DNA of 64,000 nucleotides from Terriglobia bacterium. GTDB lineage: Bacteria > Acidobacteriota > Terriglobia > 20CM-2-55-15. The notes beneath the pieces are model-generated. The model did no database searches. It saw only the letters and a program-made list of their open reading frames with translations, and was not told the origin of the DNA. Positions 9,967 to 19,526 of this stretch are shown here, piece by piece; the stretch's first letter is position 1, and every line of letters starts with the position of its first letter. The stretch spans positions 1,234,540 through 1,298,539 of the forward strand of contig CBDAOY010000009.1 in NCBI GenBank assembly GCA_965198225.1. The letters are read 5' to 3'. The translations under genes were made by a program, and so were the position numbers.

Positions 9967-10410
9967 TTACGAGGCGATCTTGATCTGCCGGGGCTTGACC
10001 TGTTCCTGCTTCGGCAGAGTGACGGTCAGCAACCCGTCCTTGAAGTCCGCCTTGATCTTGCCCTCTTCGATCGTCGTGGGCAGGGAAAACGACCGGCTGA
10101 AGGAGCCGTAGGCCCTTTCGATCCGGTGATAGTTGTCCTTGTTGTCTTCGCTCTCGAAACGCCGCTCGCCCTTGATGGTGAGAACGTTCTTCTCCAGATG
10201 AAGCTCGACCGCCTCGGGCGCGATGCCGGGCAGCTCCGCCTTCAGGACGAGCTCGTTCTCCGCCTCGAAAATATCCACATTCGGGCTCCAAGTCGTCGTG
10301 TCCGAAGGCTCACGACCCGGCCAGCTTCGGGTGTTCGTTCCGAAGATCCGGTTGAACTGAGTCTCGAGAGAGTTCAACTCGCGAAAAGGGTCCCATCGAA
10401 CCAGTGCCAT
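9967..10410 (-). CDS. Hsp20/alpha-crystallin small heat-shock protein
   Basis: ATG at 10410 after AAGGAGGAG; MALVRWDPFREL, ERAYGSFSRSFSLP, ADFKDGLLTVTLPK. Confidence 0.96.
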   Translation of the reverse strand: MALVRWDPFRELNSLETQFNRIFGTNTRSWPGREPSDTTTWSPNVDIFEAENELVLKAELPGIAPEAVELHLEKNVLTIKGERRFESEDNKDNYHRIERAYGSFSRSFSLPTTIEEGKIKADFKDGLLTVTLPKQEQVKPRQIKIAS

Positions 10411-10496
10411 TGTCTCCTCCTTGTTGTTAAAAGACGTTAATTTGATGGCTGCCGAAAGGGCCGATTCCCGCTCAACGGGCCCTGCCGGCACCTTCA

Positions 10497-10550
10497 TTTA
10501 TAGAATATGATAGTAATACTGTCAAGTAATTTTATTAGAATACGCTAATA
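10497..10550 (-). promoter_or_regulatory. Sigma70 promoter of Hsp20 with upstream palindrome
   Basis: Minus strand TTGACA (10525-10520), 17 bp spacer, TATAAA (10502-10497); TATTAG-N6-CTAATA palindrome at 10533-10550. Confidence 0.75.
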
Positions 10551-10752
10551 TTTTGAAGTGCCGGTGAAGCGGGAGAATCTAAGTTCTTCTTTTTTAATTA
10601 GTTGATCTCCAAGGATCCAGGCTTGGGAGGAGGCTTTCGGTGCGTCGGTCAGCCGGCTGATGGCCGGGTGCATCGTAACCGTCGCCAGCTCGAAGACGTA
10701 CTAGAATGGTGACTGGCGGGTGGAAGCCCGTGTCTATAAAAGGAGCCCTTGA

Positions 10753-12532
10753 TTGATTGGGACGAGAAGACAACTGCAGGTTCTGGCGATAGCCGCGGTC
10801 TTTGCCGTTTCGGCGCCGGCTGTGGCGCAGTTGCCGCAGCAGGAGGTGGATGAAACCTGCACGATCGACGGATACGTGGTCCGAATCGGTTCGGGCGAGC
10901 CCCTGCGCAAAGCCCAGGTCGTCCTGAGGCCCGAACGTGGACGGAGCCCGGTATTCGGCGCCGTGACGGACGCGAGCGGACACTTTACCCTCGACGGGAT
11001 CCCGCCCGGCAACTATCGACTCGACATCGAGCGCGACGGCTACGTCGACCAGGAATACGGGCAGGTCAGCCCGAGCCGACCCGGCACCGTTCTCGTCTTG
11101 TTGCCCGGCCAGCAGGTGAGCGATGTCATCATCAGCATGGTACCCACCGGGACGATCGCCGGGCGCGTGTTCGATCAAGACGGCGATCCGCTGGTCCGGG
11201 CGACCGTCAGGGCCCTGCGCCACGTCTACCAGGACGGCGAAAAGACTCTGACACAGGTCGACCAGGCAGTGACGAACGACCTGGGCGAGTACCGGCTTTA
11301 CTGGCTCGATCCGGGCGACTACATCGTGAGCGCCACCTACGAAGCTCGCTTCCGCGGTGCGGTTGAGTTGGTGGTCCGAGGCGGAGGCCGCGGCCGCGGC
11401 GGTCGTGGGACTGGAGCCGGAGGCGGTGGCGGACGTGGACGAGGCCTGCTGGAGCAACCCCCAACTGAAGAAACTTACGTGGACACTTACTACCCCGGGA
11501 CCAGCGACCCCACCCTGGCGTCCAGCATCGTTGTCGGAGGGGGCGCCGAAATCCCGGCCATCGACTTCAACGTTCTTCCTACTCGGGCTGTCACCCTTCG
11601 AGGCAGGGTTGTGAGTCCCTACATCGGGGAAGGAGGGCTCACCCCGATCGTTACCGTCGTTTCCCGCGACAACGTGGTCGCCGGTAACCGTTTCAATTTC
11701 CGTGGAAGCGGAGGTCGTGGCGGTAGAGGGGGCCAGAACCAGGATGGTAGCTTCGAATTGACCGGCGTCGCGCCCGGCTCCTACACGCTGGTCGCGATCC
11801 TGACCGAACAGGGTCGGTTCGGCCGCACCGGACAGGGACAGTTGGTGGGAACCGCGGACATCGAAGTCGGTGAAGACGACGTCGAAGGCCTGCTGATAAC
11901 GATTATTCCCGGAGTAGCCATACAGGGCCGGGTGCTGGTCGATCAGGGCGCATCCGACGTCGATCCCACCCGTCTGAGGGTTCGCCTGCAGCCGGACAAC
12001 AACATGCCCTTCAACGCGCCAAACACCCCTGTGGGCGATGACGGGACTTTCGTACTGGAGAACGTCAGTCAGGCGTCATACCGTGCGACAGTCACCGGTT
12101 TGCCCCGGGATGCATACCTGGCGGCGGTGCGCTACGGCGGCACCGATGTTTTGTCGGGTGGCCTACAGGTCATGGGGGATCCCCCGGGCCCGTTGGAGTT
12201 CCTCGTCAGTGGAGCGGGCGGCGTTGTCGACGGCTCGATTCAGATTGAGCAGGACAAAGTTTTCACGGGAGCCCAGGTGGTTCTCGTCCCTGCCGCCGCC
12301 CGTGATCGCCGGGACCTCTACAAGACGGCCAGCGTGGATCAGTACGGCAGGTTCACGATCCGCGGCATCGCTCCCGGCGGCCTACAAGGTGTTCGCCTGG
12401 GAGGACGCTCCATCGGGCGCATATCTCGACCCGGACTTCGTGCGCGCGTACGAGGAGATGGGGACGTCGGTCGACGTCGACCAGGGCGGTAATGTGCAGG
12501 CTCAGGTCTACCTGATCCCGGCCGGCTCATAG
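10753..12532 (+). CDS. Exported carboxypeptidase-regulatory-like repeat protein, +1 frameshift near 12379
   Basis: Repeated TD..G.F...GI.PG.Y domains; RGIAPG continues as AYKVFAWED in another frame to the stop at 12532. Pseudogene or sequencing error. Confidence 0.8.
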
Positions 12533-12581
12533 GTGTCAGCTCGGTGGCCGACATTGCAGCAGCCCGTTAAAATCGTCTTCA

Positions 12582-12655
12582 GCCACGGATTGCACGGATT
12601 AAGCGGATTGTTACATCAGAGTCCGCGCAATCCACGACAATCCGCGAAATCCTTG
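12582..12655. repeat. Degenerate 9-mer-based inverted repeat (CACGGATT.../...AATCCGCG)
   Basis: CCACGGATTGCACGGATTAAGCGGAT opposite GTCCGCGCAATCCACGACAATCCGCGAAATCC. Confidence 0.5.
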
Positions 12656-12754
12656 TAGAGTCCGATCGATTCGATTCGTACCCTGTATACTTCCCGGAGG
12701 TCGCAGGCTTTACGGTCCGTGGCCAAAACTACTACCGAGAGGAGCCATAGCGGC

Positions 12755-13177
12755 ATGAAGAAGACCGTCGTTTTGATGAGCGCGATCCTGATTACGACTG
12801 CCTGTGCCGTCGCACAATCCAACATGAATGAAACCGAATCCGGCCTAAAATATATCGACCATCAGGTAGGTGACGGCGACGAAGCCGTCGCGGGCAAGAC
12901 CGTCGAAGTTCACTACACGGGATGGCTCTACGCCGACGGCGAACGGGGAGCAAAGTTCGACAGCTCCGTGGACCGTGGTGAGCCGTTCAGCTTCCGGCTC
13001 GGAGCCAGCCAGGTGATCCGGGGCTGGGACGAGGGTGTCGCGGGAATGAAAGTCGGAGGCAAACGCGAGCTGTTCATACCGCCGGATCTCGGCTACGGGA
13101 GCCGCGGAGCCGGTGGCGTGATTCCTCCGGACGCCACACTGGATTTCGAGGTCGAGCTGTTGGGAGTTTCGCCCTGA
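12755..13177 (+). CDS. FKBP-type peptidyl-prolyl cis-trans isomerase
   Basis: [55 protein letters not shown]; N-terminal export signal. Confidence 0.96.
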   Translation: MKKTVVLMSAILITTACAVAQSNMNETESGLKYIDHQVGDGDEAVAGKTVEVHYTGWLYADGERGAKFDSSVDRGEPFSFRLGASQVIRGWDEGVAGMKVGGKRELFIPPDLGYGSRGAGGVIPPDATLDFEVELLGVSP

Positions 13178-13199
13178 CAGTTCTGAAAGTCCGATCTCG

Positions 13200-13227
13200 A
13201 GGTGCGCCTTCGCCGGCGCACCTTTTT
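13200..13227 (+). terminator. Rho-independent terminator after FKBP
   Basis: AGGTGCGCC-TTCGCC-GGCGCACCT followed by TTTT. Confidence 0.75.
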
Positions 13228-13250
13228 CATGTAGGGCTGACTTCAGATGC

Positions 13251-13448
13251 TCATGCCGGTCGCCCGCCCAGCAGCCGCGCGGGCAGCATGATTAGGCTCC
13301 GGAAGAACTCCAGGACGCCCGTCACCACGATGCCCAGGAGCCGAAACGGCAACAGGATGAGCCAGACGAAGGGATACAGGACCAGGGCCAGCAGGGCCAG
13401 CGGCCAGGACAGCACAAGCAGGATGCACCACAACAGAAACTTCACCAT
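13251..13448 (-). CDS. Small hydrophobic membrane protein
   Basis: GGGGAGG RBS; [26 protein letters not shown]...; upstream GGAAC-N17-CGTA ECF-like promoter. Confidence 0.7.
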   Translation of the reverse strand: MVKFLLWCILLVLSWPLALLALVLYPFVWLILLPFRLLGIVVTGVLEFFRSLIMLPARLLGGRPA

Positions 13449-13550
13449 CAAGTTGACCTCCCCTACAGGATACGCGCGGCGAACCTGGAATGTTCCGGTA
13501 CCGGATCCCGGTTTCTAAACTTCCGCCCTCTTGCAGGGTCTAAGCCCTCT

Positions 13551-16103
13551 ATGACTCGCCTTCAAAGAAGAATCATCGGCGTACTCACATTCGGAATGCT
13601 GCTGTCGCCTGGCATTTCATCAGGCCAACCGGCGATCGAGCTTCAACTCGTTTTCGAGGGTCTGTCCTCGCCCGTTCTTGTCACCCACGCCGGCGACGGC
13701 ACGAACCGTTTGTTCATCGTCGAACAGAGCGGAACCATCCAGGTCCTGGGTCCCGGTGGGACCTCCCCAACCCTCTTCCTCGACATCACAGCCCGTGTTC
13801 GATCCGGTGGAGAACGCGGGCTCCTGGGCCTCGCGTTTCATCCCGATTTCGAGTCGAATCGCCGTTTCTTCGTCAACTACACACGCAGCGTTGACGCTGC
13901 GACTGTCGTCGCCGAGTACCGCGCATCCGCGACGGTTCCGGATACGGCGGACTCGGACGAAACGGTCTTGCTGACGATCGACCAACCCTTCAGCAACCAC
14001 AACGGCGGCATGATCGCGTTCGGGCCGGATGGATTTCTCTACATCGGCATGGGCGATGGGGGATCAGCGAACGATCCGGGCAATCGCGCGCAGGACAACA
14101 GCACTCTGCTGGGAAAGATGCTGCGGATCGATATCGACAAACCGGCCACCGAAGAGATCCCGTACTCCTCACCAGCGACGAACCCGTTTGTCGGCGATCC
14201 CTCGGGGCTTGACGAGATATACGCGACCGGCCTGCGCAACCCCTGGCGGTTTTCGTTCGACCGCTCCACCGGTGATCTCTACGCCGGTGACGTCGGACAG
14301 AATGCGGCGGAAGAGATCGACCTGATCACACTCGGCGGAAACTACGGCTGGCGGGTGTTCGAGGGAAGCGGATGCAGCGGGCTCGGGCCGGGAGCGTGCG
14401 TCGAGGCCAACTTTACTGCGCCTGCGGTGGAGTACACGAACACGGGTGAGACCGGGCGGTGTTCCGTCACGGGAGGGTATGTCTATCGCGGCATCCGGCA
14501 AAGCCTGCCAAGAGGCTCCTACGTATACGGGGACTTCTGCTCCGGTGAGCTATTCACGCTTCAGGGTGGGACTTCGGCACTCTTGCTGGATACCGGTTTG
14601 AGCCTGTCGTCGTTCGGGGAAGACGAATCCGGCGAGATCTACGCCGTCGACCTTAGCGGCGCCGTACACAAGATCGTCAATCCTTCGGCCTCTACACTCG
14701 CATTCAGCATTGTGGGGCGCGGGGGCGCGGCCAGCGCCTCGAGTGGAGAGTCCTCGGCCGTCGGAGTCGGATACGGACGGATTCAGGCCGAGGGCGATAG
14801 CATCGCTCCAGCGGGCATGGCCGTGTTCTCGTTCGCTCCAGACGGCATCGTGATCACCGATGCGAGCGTTCCCGCCGTGGTCCCGGTGATGTCGGGGAGG
14901 ATCTATGCCGAGATCGAAGGTGCCGTGAATACTGGAGTTGCTATCGCAAACCCGGGCGATCAGGCGGCCACCGTTTCCTTTTTCTTCACGGATTCGAACG
15001 GAACCAATTTCGGCGACGGACAGATCTCGATCGCTGCCAACGCTCAGGTCGCGAGGTTTCTCGGCGAGTCACCGTTCGACGTGGAGGCGGATCGCGCAAC
15101 CAGCTTCACGTTCATTGCCTCGGCTCCCGTGGCAGTGATCGCGTTGCGCGGCTTCACCAATGAACGATCCGAGTTCCTCATCACGACCCTGCCGGTGCTG
15201 CCGCTGGCGGAACAAACTGTAGCGGAACTGGTCATACCGCATTTCGCTGATGGAGGTGGCTGGACGACGGACATCGTTCTCGTCAACCCGACGGACGGCA
15301 CGCTGACGGGGGCGCTGGCGTTTCGGGACCAGGGTGTGGAAGGGAGCGCCTCGGGTCTGGTCGAGCTCACGTTGAACGAACAGGTCGGCAGCAGCTTCGC
15401 ATACGCCATCAACCCGCGCAGCTCGATTCGCTTCCGGACATCGGGCCAGGCGTCCACCACAACGATCGGGTCGGTAACGATCACACCGGAGAGCGACAGC
15501 TCCCGGCCCGGCGGACTTGGAATCTTCAGATTTCGAAAGAGCGGTGTCACGATCTCCGAGGCCGGAGTTCCGGCGTCGGATGCGTCCTCGACCTTCAGGA
15601 TGTACGTGGAGGGATCCGGGGACTTTGATTCCGCCGGGATCGGATCGCTCGAGAGTGGGCTTGCCATCGCGAATCAGGAGTCGGTGCCCGCGACGGTTGG
15701 TTTGGAGCTGACCAACCTGGATGGCAGCACGACCGGCCTTTCCGGATCGGTGACTCTCCCCGCGAAAGGGCAGGCCGCGGCCTTCATTACTCAGTTCACA
15801 GGTTTCGAATCACTGGCGTCTCCCTTCCGGGGGGTCCTGCGAATAACCGCATCTTCGGATGTCTCTGTTGTCGGGCTGCGCGGACGCTACAACACGCGGG
15901 GAGACTTCCTCGTTACCTCGACGCCACCGGTCGATGAGAACAGCTCTGACTCCGCTTCCGAACGCCTCTTTCCCCATTTCGCCGATGGCGGAGGCTACAC
16001 GACGCAGTTTATCCTGTTCAACGGTTCGGCCGCCGGATCGGCGACAGGTGTCCTCGGCCTGTTTTCGGCGGACGGCAACCCGTCGACCGTGAGGTTGCCC
16101 TGA
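13551..16103 (+). CDS. PQQ-dependent glucose/sorbosone dehydrogenase-family protein with C-terminal beta-rich repeats
   Basis: [46 protein letters not shown]; two PHFADGGG-containing repeats in the C-terminal half. Confidence 0.88.
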   Translation: MTRLQRRIIGVLTFGMLLSPGISSGQPAIELQLVFEGLSSPVLVTHAGDGTNRLFIVEQSGTIQVLGPGGTSPTLFLDITARVRSGGERGLLGLAFHPDFESNRRFFVNYTRSVDAATVVAEYRASATVPDTADSDETVLLTIDQPFSNHNGGMIAFGPDGFLYIGMGDGGSANDPGNRAQDNSTLLGKMLRIDIDKPATEEIPYSSPATNPFVGDPSGLDEIYATGLRNPWRFSFDRSTGDLYAGDVGQNAAEEIDLITLGGNYGWRVFEGSGCSGLGPGACVEANFTAPAVEYTNTGETGRCSVTGGYVYRGIRQSLPRGSYVYGDFCSGELFTLQGGTSALLLDTGLSLSSFGEDESGEIYAVDLSGAVHKIVNPSASTLAFSIVGRGGAASASSGESSAVGVGYGRIQAEGDSIAPAGMAVFSFAPDGIVITDASVPAVVPVMSGRIYAEIEGAVNTGVAIANPGDQAATVSFFFTDSNGTNFGDGQISIAANAQVARFLGESPFDVEADRATSFTFIASAPVAVIALRGFTNERSEFLITTLPVLPLAEQTVAELVIPHFADGGGWTTDIVLVNPTDGTLTGALAFRDQGVEGSASGLVELTLNEQVGSSFAYAINPRSSIRFRTSGQASTTTIGSVTITPESDSSRPGGLGIFRFRKSGVTISEAGVPASDASSTFRMYVEGSGDFDSAGIGSLESGLAIANQESVPATVGLELTNLDGSTTGLSGSVTLPAKGQAAAFITQFTGFESLASPFRGVLRITASSDVSVVGLRGRYNTRGDFLVTSTPPVDENSSDSASERLFPHFADGGGYTTQFILFNGSAAGSATGVLGLFSADGNPSTVRLP

Positions 16104-16134
16104 AGAGACAGCCCGGCGTCTAAGAGGATTTTTT

Positions 16135-18116
16135 CACCGCAAAGGCGCGAAGACGCAAAGGGCAAGAAAAGATTTAGTGGCGTGGCCCGAGCCTGGTCAC
16201 CTCAGATTTTCTTCCGTGTACAGCAGAAGCTCAATCATGCGCTCAAGAAGATCGGCCGGCGAGTAGCCCGGGAAATTCTTGCAGACGAGCTCCTTGGCAA
16301 ACAATCGCGCGATGTAGCGAAGCTTCAGGGCGCGGTTGCGGGAAGCGAAGACGAAGTCCCGATGTCCGTTGTTGATCACGATGACGTTCTGCTCGGCATC
16401 GTATCGGGAACGCCAGAGCTCCCCGGGCGCCCGTTTGAACGTGTAGCCCGGCAGCCCTTGCCTGTGAGCCGATGACTCCTTCGTTTCAGGGAGAAGTGAA
16501 TCGGTGACAGTCAGCAGGGCTTCGCCCTGACAGGTGACGGCCTCCTGAGTAACCGTCACGCGCAGACGGGTCAACCCGGGTTGGGAGGGGGCCGTGAACT
16601 TGACGATCTCCTCCTCGACATTCTCAAGCGACCCTCCCGCCTCGACGATCTCCCACTCGAATCTTAGATTCTCTTCCACCAAGTGGCGCGCGCGATCCCG
16701 AGCAATCGCGCGCAACGTTCTCGCATGACCCACCGGTATCACGGCTGAAGCCGGCGAGATGCGTACGCTCGCAAGCGGCCCTGCATATTCGAAAAACGCC
16801 TTTTGCTGCGTCCGCGGCGCTGCGTCCGGTCCACTTCCCGGCCTTGCTTCGATCATTGCGATGCCGTCGATGCCCGAATTGGCCCGCGATCTGCCGTCGG
16901 CGCCACTCGCGCGAACGTCGAACCAGTCGTAATCCTCGGCGGGGAGGGAAAGCAGGGCTTCCCGGAAGGCTTTCTGGATCGTCCGGAGCAGGTGCTTGCT
17001 GGCCCGCTCCTCTTCTGCCTTGCGCTGCTCTTCGACCAGCTTCTGGAGCGCTTCGGCCACCGGCTCCATGGCGCTGCAGAATTCGGAGAAGGCTTGATCA
17101 CGAACTACCCCTGTACGCGTGCCCGGCGTGAGATTCAGGAATGGCGCATCGACGATGCCCTCGACGTAGCCATCGCTCCAGGGAGGATGCTGGAAAGCCT
17201 CCAGCTCGGTCAGACTCTCAATGACCCTCGTGCCAGAACGGTAAACACCCACCCGGGGTTCCTGTTTCGGTTCACTGAAGTAAAGCTCAAGATAAACCTC
17301 ACCCAGGGGCGTGTGCCGCACCGGCATTTGATGGATGAGACGCCCATTGAATTCGCGGGGCTGCACATCGTACCGCTTGCGAGCCTGCCGGTCAACGACC
17401 TTGATGTCAACGCCGCTGTGGCGAATTCGATCGCGCAGCTCCGAGGCGAGGTACCACTGGATCTTCTCGCCGCTGAAGTGGCGGATTCCGGGCAGCAAAG
17501 GTTTAACCTTGAGTCTGGTTCCACCGTCCGGAAACAGCATACGTCGGCTATTGACCGTGTAGTTCGGGTCACCTTTCTTCATGTGCATCTGATACGTCTT
17601 TCCGTCTGCGGCAGCCGAGGTCATGCTGAGCTCATCACCGACGGTCCAGAAGCTGAGCAGGCCGATACCGAATTCCCCTTGAATGCCTTCCGCGCCGTCC
17701 GCCTTGAGACGACGCTTTATCGAATCGCAGATGTGGGTAGCGACGTAACGAAAATCAGGGATACCCTTATCGTCCCTTGGTATCCCTTTCCCATCATCGG
17801 TGACCGCTAGATAATGTTCGCCCCTCTCCCGCCCCCGGGTGATCGTGACGGTCCGGGCCCCGGCGTCGATGCTGTTCTCCACGAACTCGGCCACCGCTTT
17901 GAGTGGATTACTCTGGGACAGGGCTATGATGGTGATGGCGTTCCAGTCGTCGCCAATACGAAGTCGTCCCGCGCTTTGCGGTCCTTGTTTGCTGGTCTTG
18001 ACTCTCGGCATGTGGCGTCTAGTGAACTGTTACAGGCCACCAATAGGGTTTTCTCAAATGGGGCTCGCCTGTGGAGTTTACCTCAGATTTCTTTGCGCCT
18101 TTGCGCCTTTGCGGTG
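16135..18116. repeat. 26-bp inverted repeats (16135-16160 and 18091-18116) bracketing the GHKL ATPase gene
   Basis: CACCGCAAAGGCGCGAAGACGCAAAG versus the reverse complement of CTTTGCGCCTTTGCGCCTTTGCGGTG (24/26 identical). Confidence 0.7.
16197..18011 (-). CDS. GHKL-family (HATPase_c, MORC/MutL/Hsp90-like) ATPase with C-terminal Ig-like region
   Basis: AVAEFVENSIDA (N box), DDGKGI (G1), GEFGIG (G2), GGT; central coiled coil; SVRISPASAVIPVG Ig-like segment. Confidence 0.8.
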   Translation of the reverse strand: MPRVKTSKQGPQSAGRLRIGDDWNAITIIALSQSNPLKAVAEFVENSIDAGARTVTITRGRERGEHYLAVTDDGKGIPRDDKGIPDFRYVATHICDSIKRRLKADGAEGIQGEFGIGLLSFWTVGDELSMTSAAADGKTYQMHMKKGDPNYTVNSRRMLFPDGGTRLKVKPLLPGIRHFSGEKIQWYLASELRDRIRHSGVDIKVVDRQARKRYDVQPREFNGRLIHQMPVRHTPLGEVYLELYFSEPKQEPRVGVYRSGTRVIESLTELEAFQHPPWSDGYVEGIVDAPFLNLTPGTRTGVVRDQAFSEFCSAMEPVAEALQKLVEEQRKAEEERASKHLLRTIQKAFREALLSLPAEDYDWFDVRASGADGRSRANSGIDGIAMIEARPGSGPDAAPRTQQKAFFEYAGPLASVRISPASAVIPVGHARTLRAIARDRARHLVEENLRFEWEIVEAGGSLENVEEEIVKFTAPSQPGLTRLRVTVTQEAVTCQGEALLTVTDSLLPETKESSAHRQGLPGYTFKRAPGELWRSRYDAEQNVIVINNGHRDFVFASRNRALKLRYIARLFAKELVCKNFPGYSPADLLERMIELLLYTEENLR

Positions 18117-18179
18117 CGGTTCTTATATCCTGATGCAATCCCAACCGCTGGAGCTCTGCAGTGCCCGGCGAGGAAGACC

Positions 18180-18971
18180 ATGAACATCGAACTGGAATTT
18201 GACGACCGCAAACACTCGATCTTCTTCCGGGAGTTCGGCGAAGGCCCGCCGCTGCTGTTCCTCCATGGTGGTTGGGGGTACGAAATGTACCCGTTCGACC
18301 GCCAGATAAGGGACTTTCACCAGCGCTTTCGAATCCTGATTCCGGACCGCGCGGGCTACGGACGATCAACCCGAACGGGTCGGTTTCCGCGAGGTTTCCA
18401 CCAACTCTTTGCCCGGGAGACAAAGGCCTTCATGGATGCGCTCGGGATCGAAAGAGCCCTTCTCTGGGGCCATTCCGATGGCGCGGTGGCGGCTGCGCTG
18501 ATGGGAATCGATTCGCCGGATCGTGTCGACGGGATCATCATGGAAGCCGCACACATTGACCGCCGTAAGCCTCGATCGAAGAGTTTCTTCGAGACAGCGG
18601 CCACGGGCCCGGAAAAATTCGGCGAAAAAGTCGTCTCCATGATGTCGAACGAGCATGGCGAAGATTACTGGCGCAAGCTGATGGAAAACCACGGAAACGC
18701 GTGGCTCGACATCCACTACGGGTGGCAGGATCCGGAGCAGGACATGTACGGAGGACGCCTGTCGGAGTTGCAGGTGCCGGCCATCCTCATCCATGGTTCC
18801 GAAGACCCCAGGACCGAGCCGGGCGAACTCGACACCATCCAGGAACTCCTGCCTGAGGCTTCGATCCACGTCATCGACGGCGGTGGCCACAGTCCCCACA
18901 GCGAGAGCGGTGCGTGGGCGGAATCCAACCGTGTTGCCGCGGAGTTTTTTGAGCGAAACGGTTTTGCCTGA
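18180..18971 (+). CDS. Alpha/beta fold hydrolase
   Basis: ATG at 18180; LFLHGGWG, DRAGYGRS, GHSDG nucleophile elbow, HGSED, GGHSPH. Confidence 0.9.
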   Translation: MNIELEFDDRKHSIFFREFGEGPPLLFLHGGWGYEMYPFDRQIRDFHQRFRILIPDRAGYGRSTRTGRFPRGFHQLFARETKAFMDALGIERALLWGHSDGAVAAALMGIDSPDRVDGIIMEAAHIDRRKPRSKSFFETAATGPEKFGEKVVSMMSNEHGEDYWRKLMENHGNAWLDIHYGWQDPEQDMYGGRLSELQVPAILIHGSEDPRTEPGELDTIQELLPEASIHVIDGGGHSPHSESGAWAESNRVAAEFFERNGFA

Positions 18972-19008
18972 CTGACAACATCGCTCAACTCGAACCAGGA
19001 AGAGACTC

Positions 19009-19073
19009 ACCACGGAGGCGCGGAGGGCGCGGAGAGTTTTTTCTGCCTCTCTGTGCCTCTGCGTCTCCGTGGT
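19009..19073. repeat. Inverted repeat ACCACGGAGGCGCGGAG.../...CTCTGCGTCTCCGTGGT
   Basis: Imperfect hairpin of 8-9 bp subunits between convergent genes; related copy at 32757-32826. Confidence 0.7.
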
Positions 19074-19109
19074 TGAATCCCAGTTTCTTTCGACAGGTGG
19101 GTTCGAGCC

Positions 19110-19526
19110 TCAATCCAGCTCGACGGTTCCGTCCTTGCTGAGCGAAGCAGGTCGGCCCGAGCGGAGCGAGGCGAAGTCCTCTTCAGCCAACTGCACCAGG
19201 GGAACGGGGCTTCCGTACATCTCGTCGGCGACGATCGACGCCAGTGCAAAGAAGGAGTCGGGGGCGGTAGTCAGGATCGCTGCAGGTGCTGTCCCCGCCT
19301 TGACCGCCCCGAGAAGTACCGCGGTGGTGCTGCTCGAACCGCGCGTGAAGGGGAGAGCCAGAATCTTTCCGAGGGCCGATCGTCCCACGAGCGGGTGTCT
19401 CTGGTCGATCACAGTCCCTGTCTTGTAGTCGTACCCACCCCAGAAACTGAGCGGCTCGTCCGAGACGAGAAGGTCGCCACGAGCTTCACCCGGGATCAGG
19501 GGTTTGCCTTTGATCGCTACTCCCAC
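19110..19526 (-). CDS. Aconitase X swiveling (small) subunit, DUF126
   Basis: PLSFWGGYD..TG.VID..HPL.G, RGSSSTT, APAAI motifs. Confidence 0.9.
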   Translation of the reverse strand: MGVAIKGKPLIPGEARGDLLVSDEPLSFWGGYDYKTGTVIDQRHPLVGRSALGKILALPFTRGSSSTTAVLLGAVKAGTAPAAILTTAPDSFFALASIVADEMYGSPVPLVQLAEEDFASLRSGRPASLSKDGTVELD

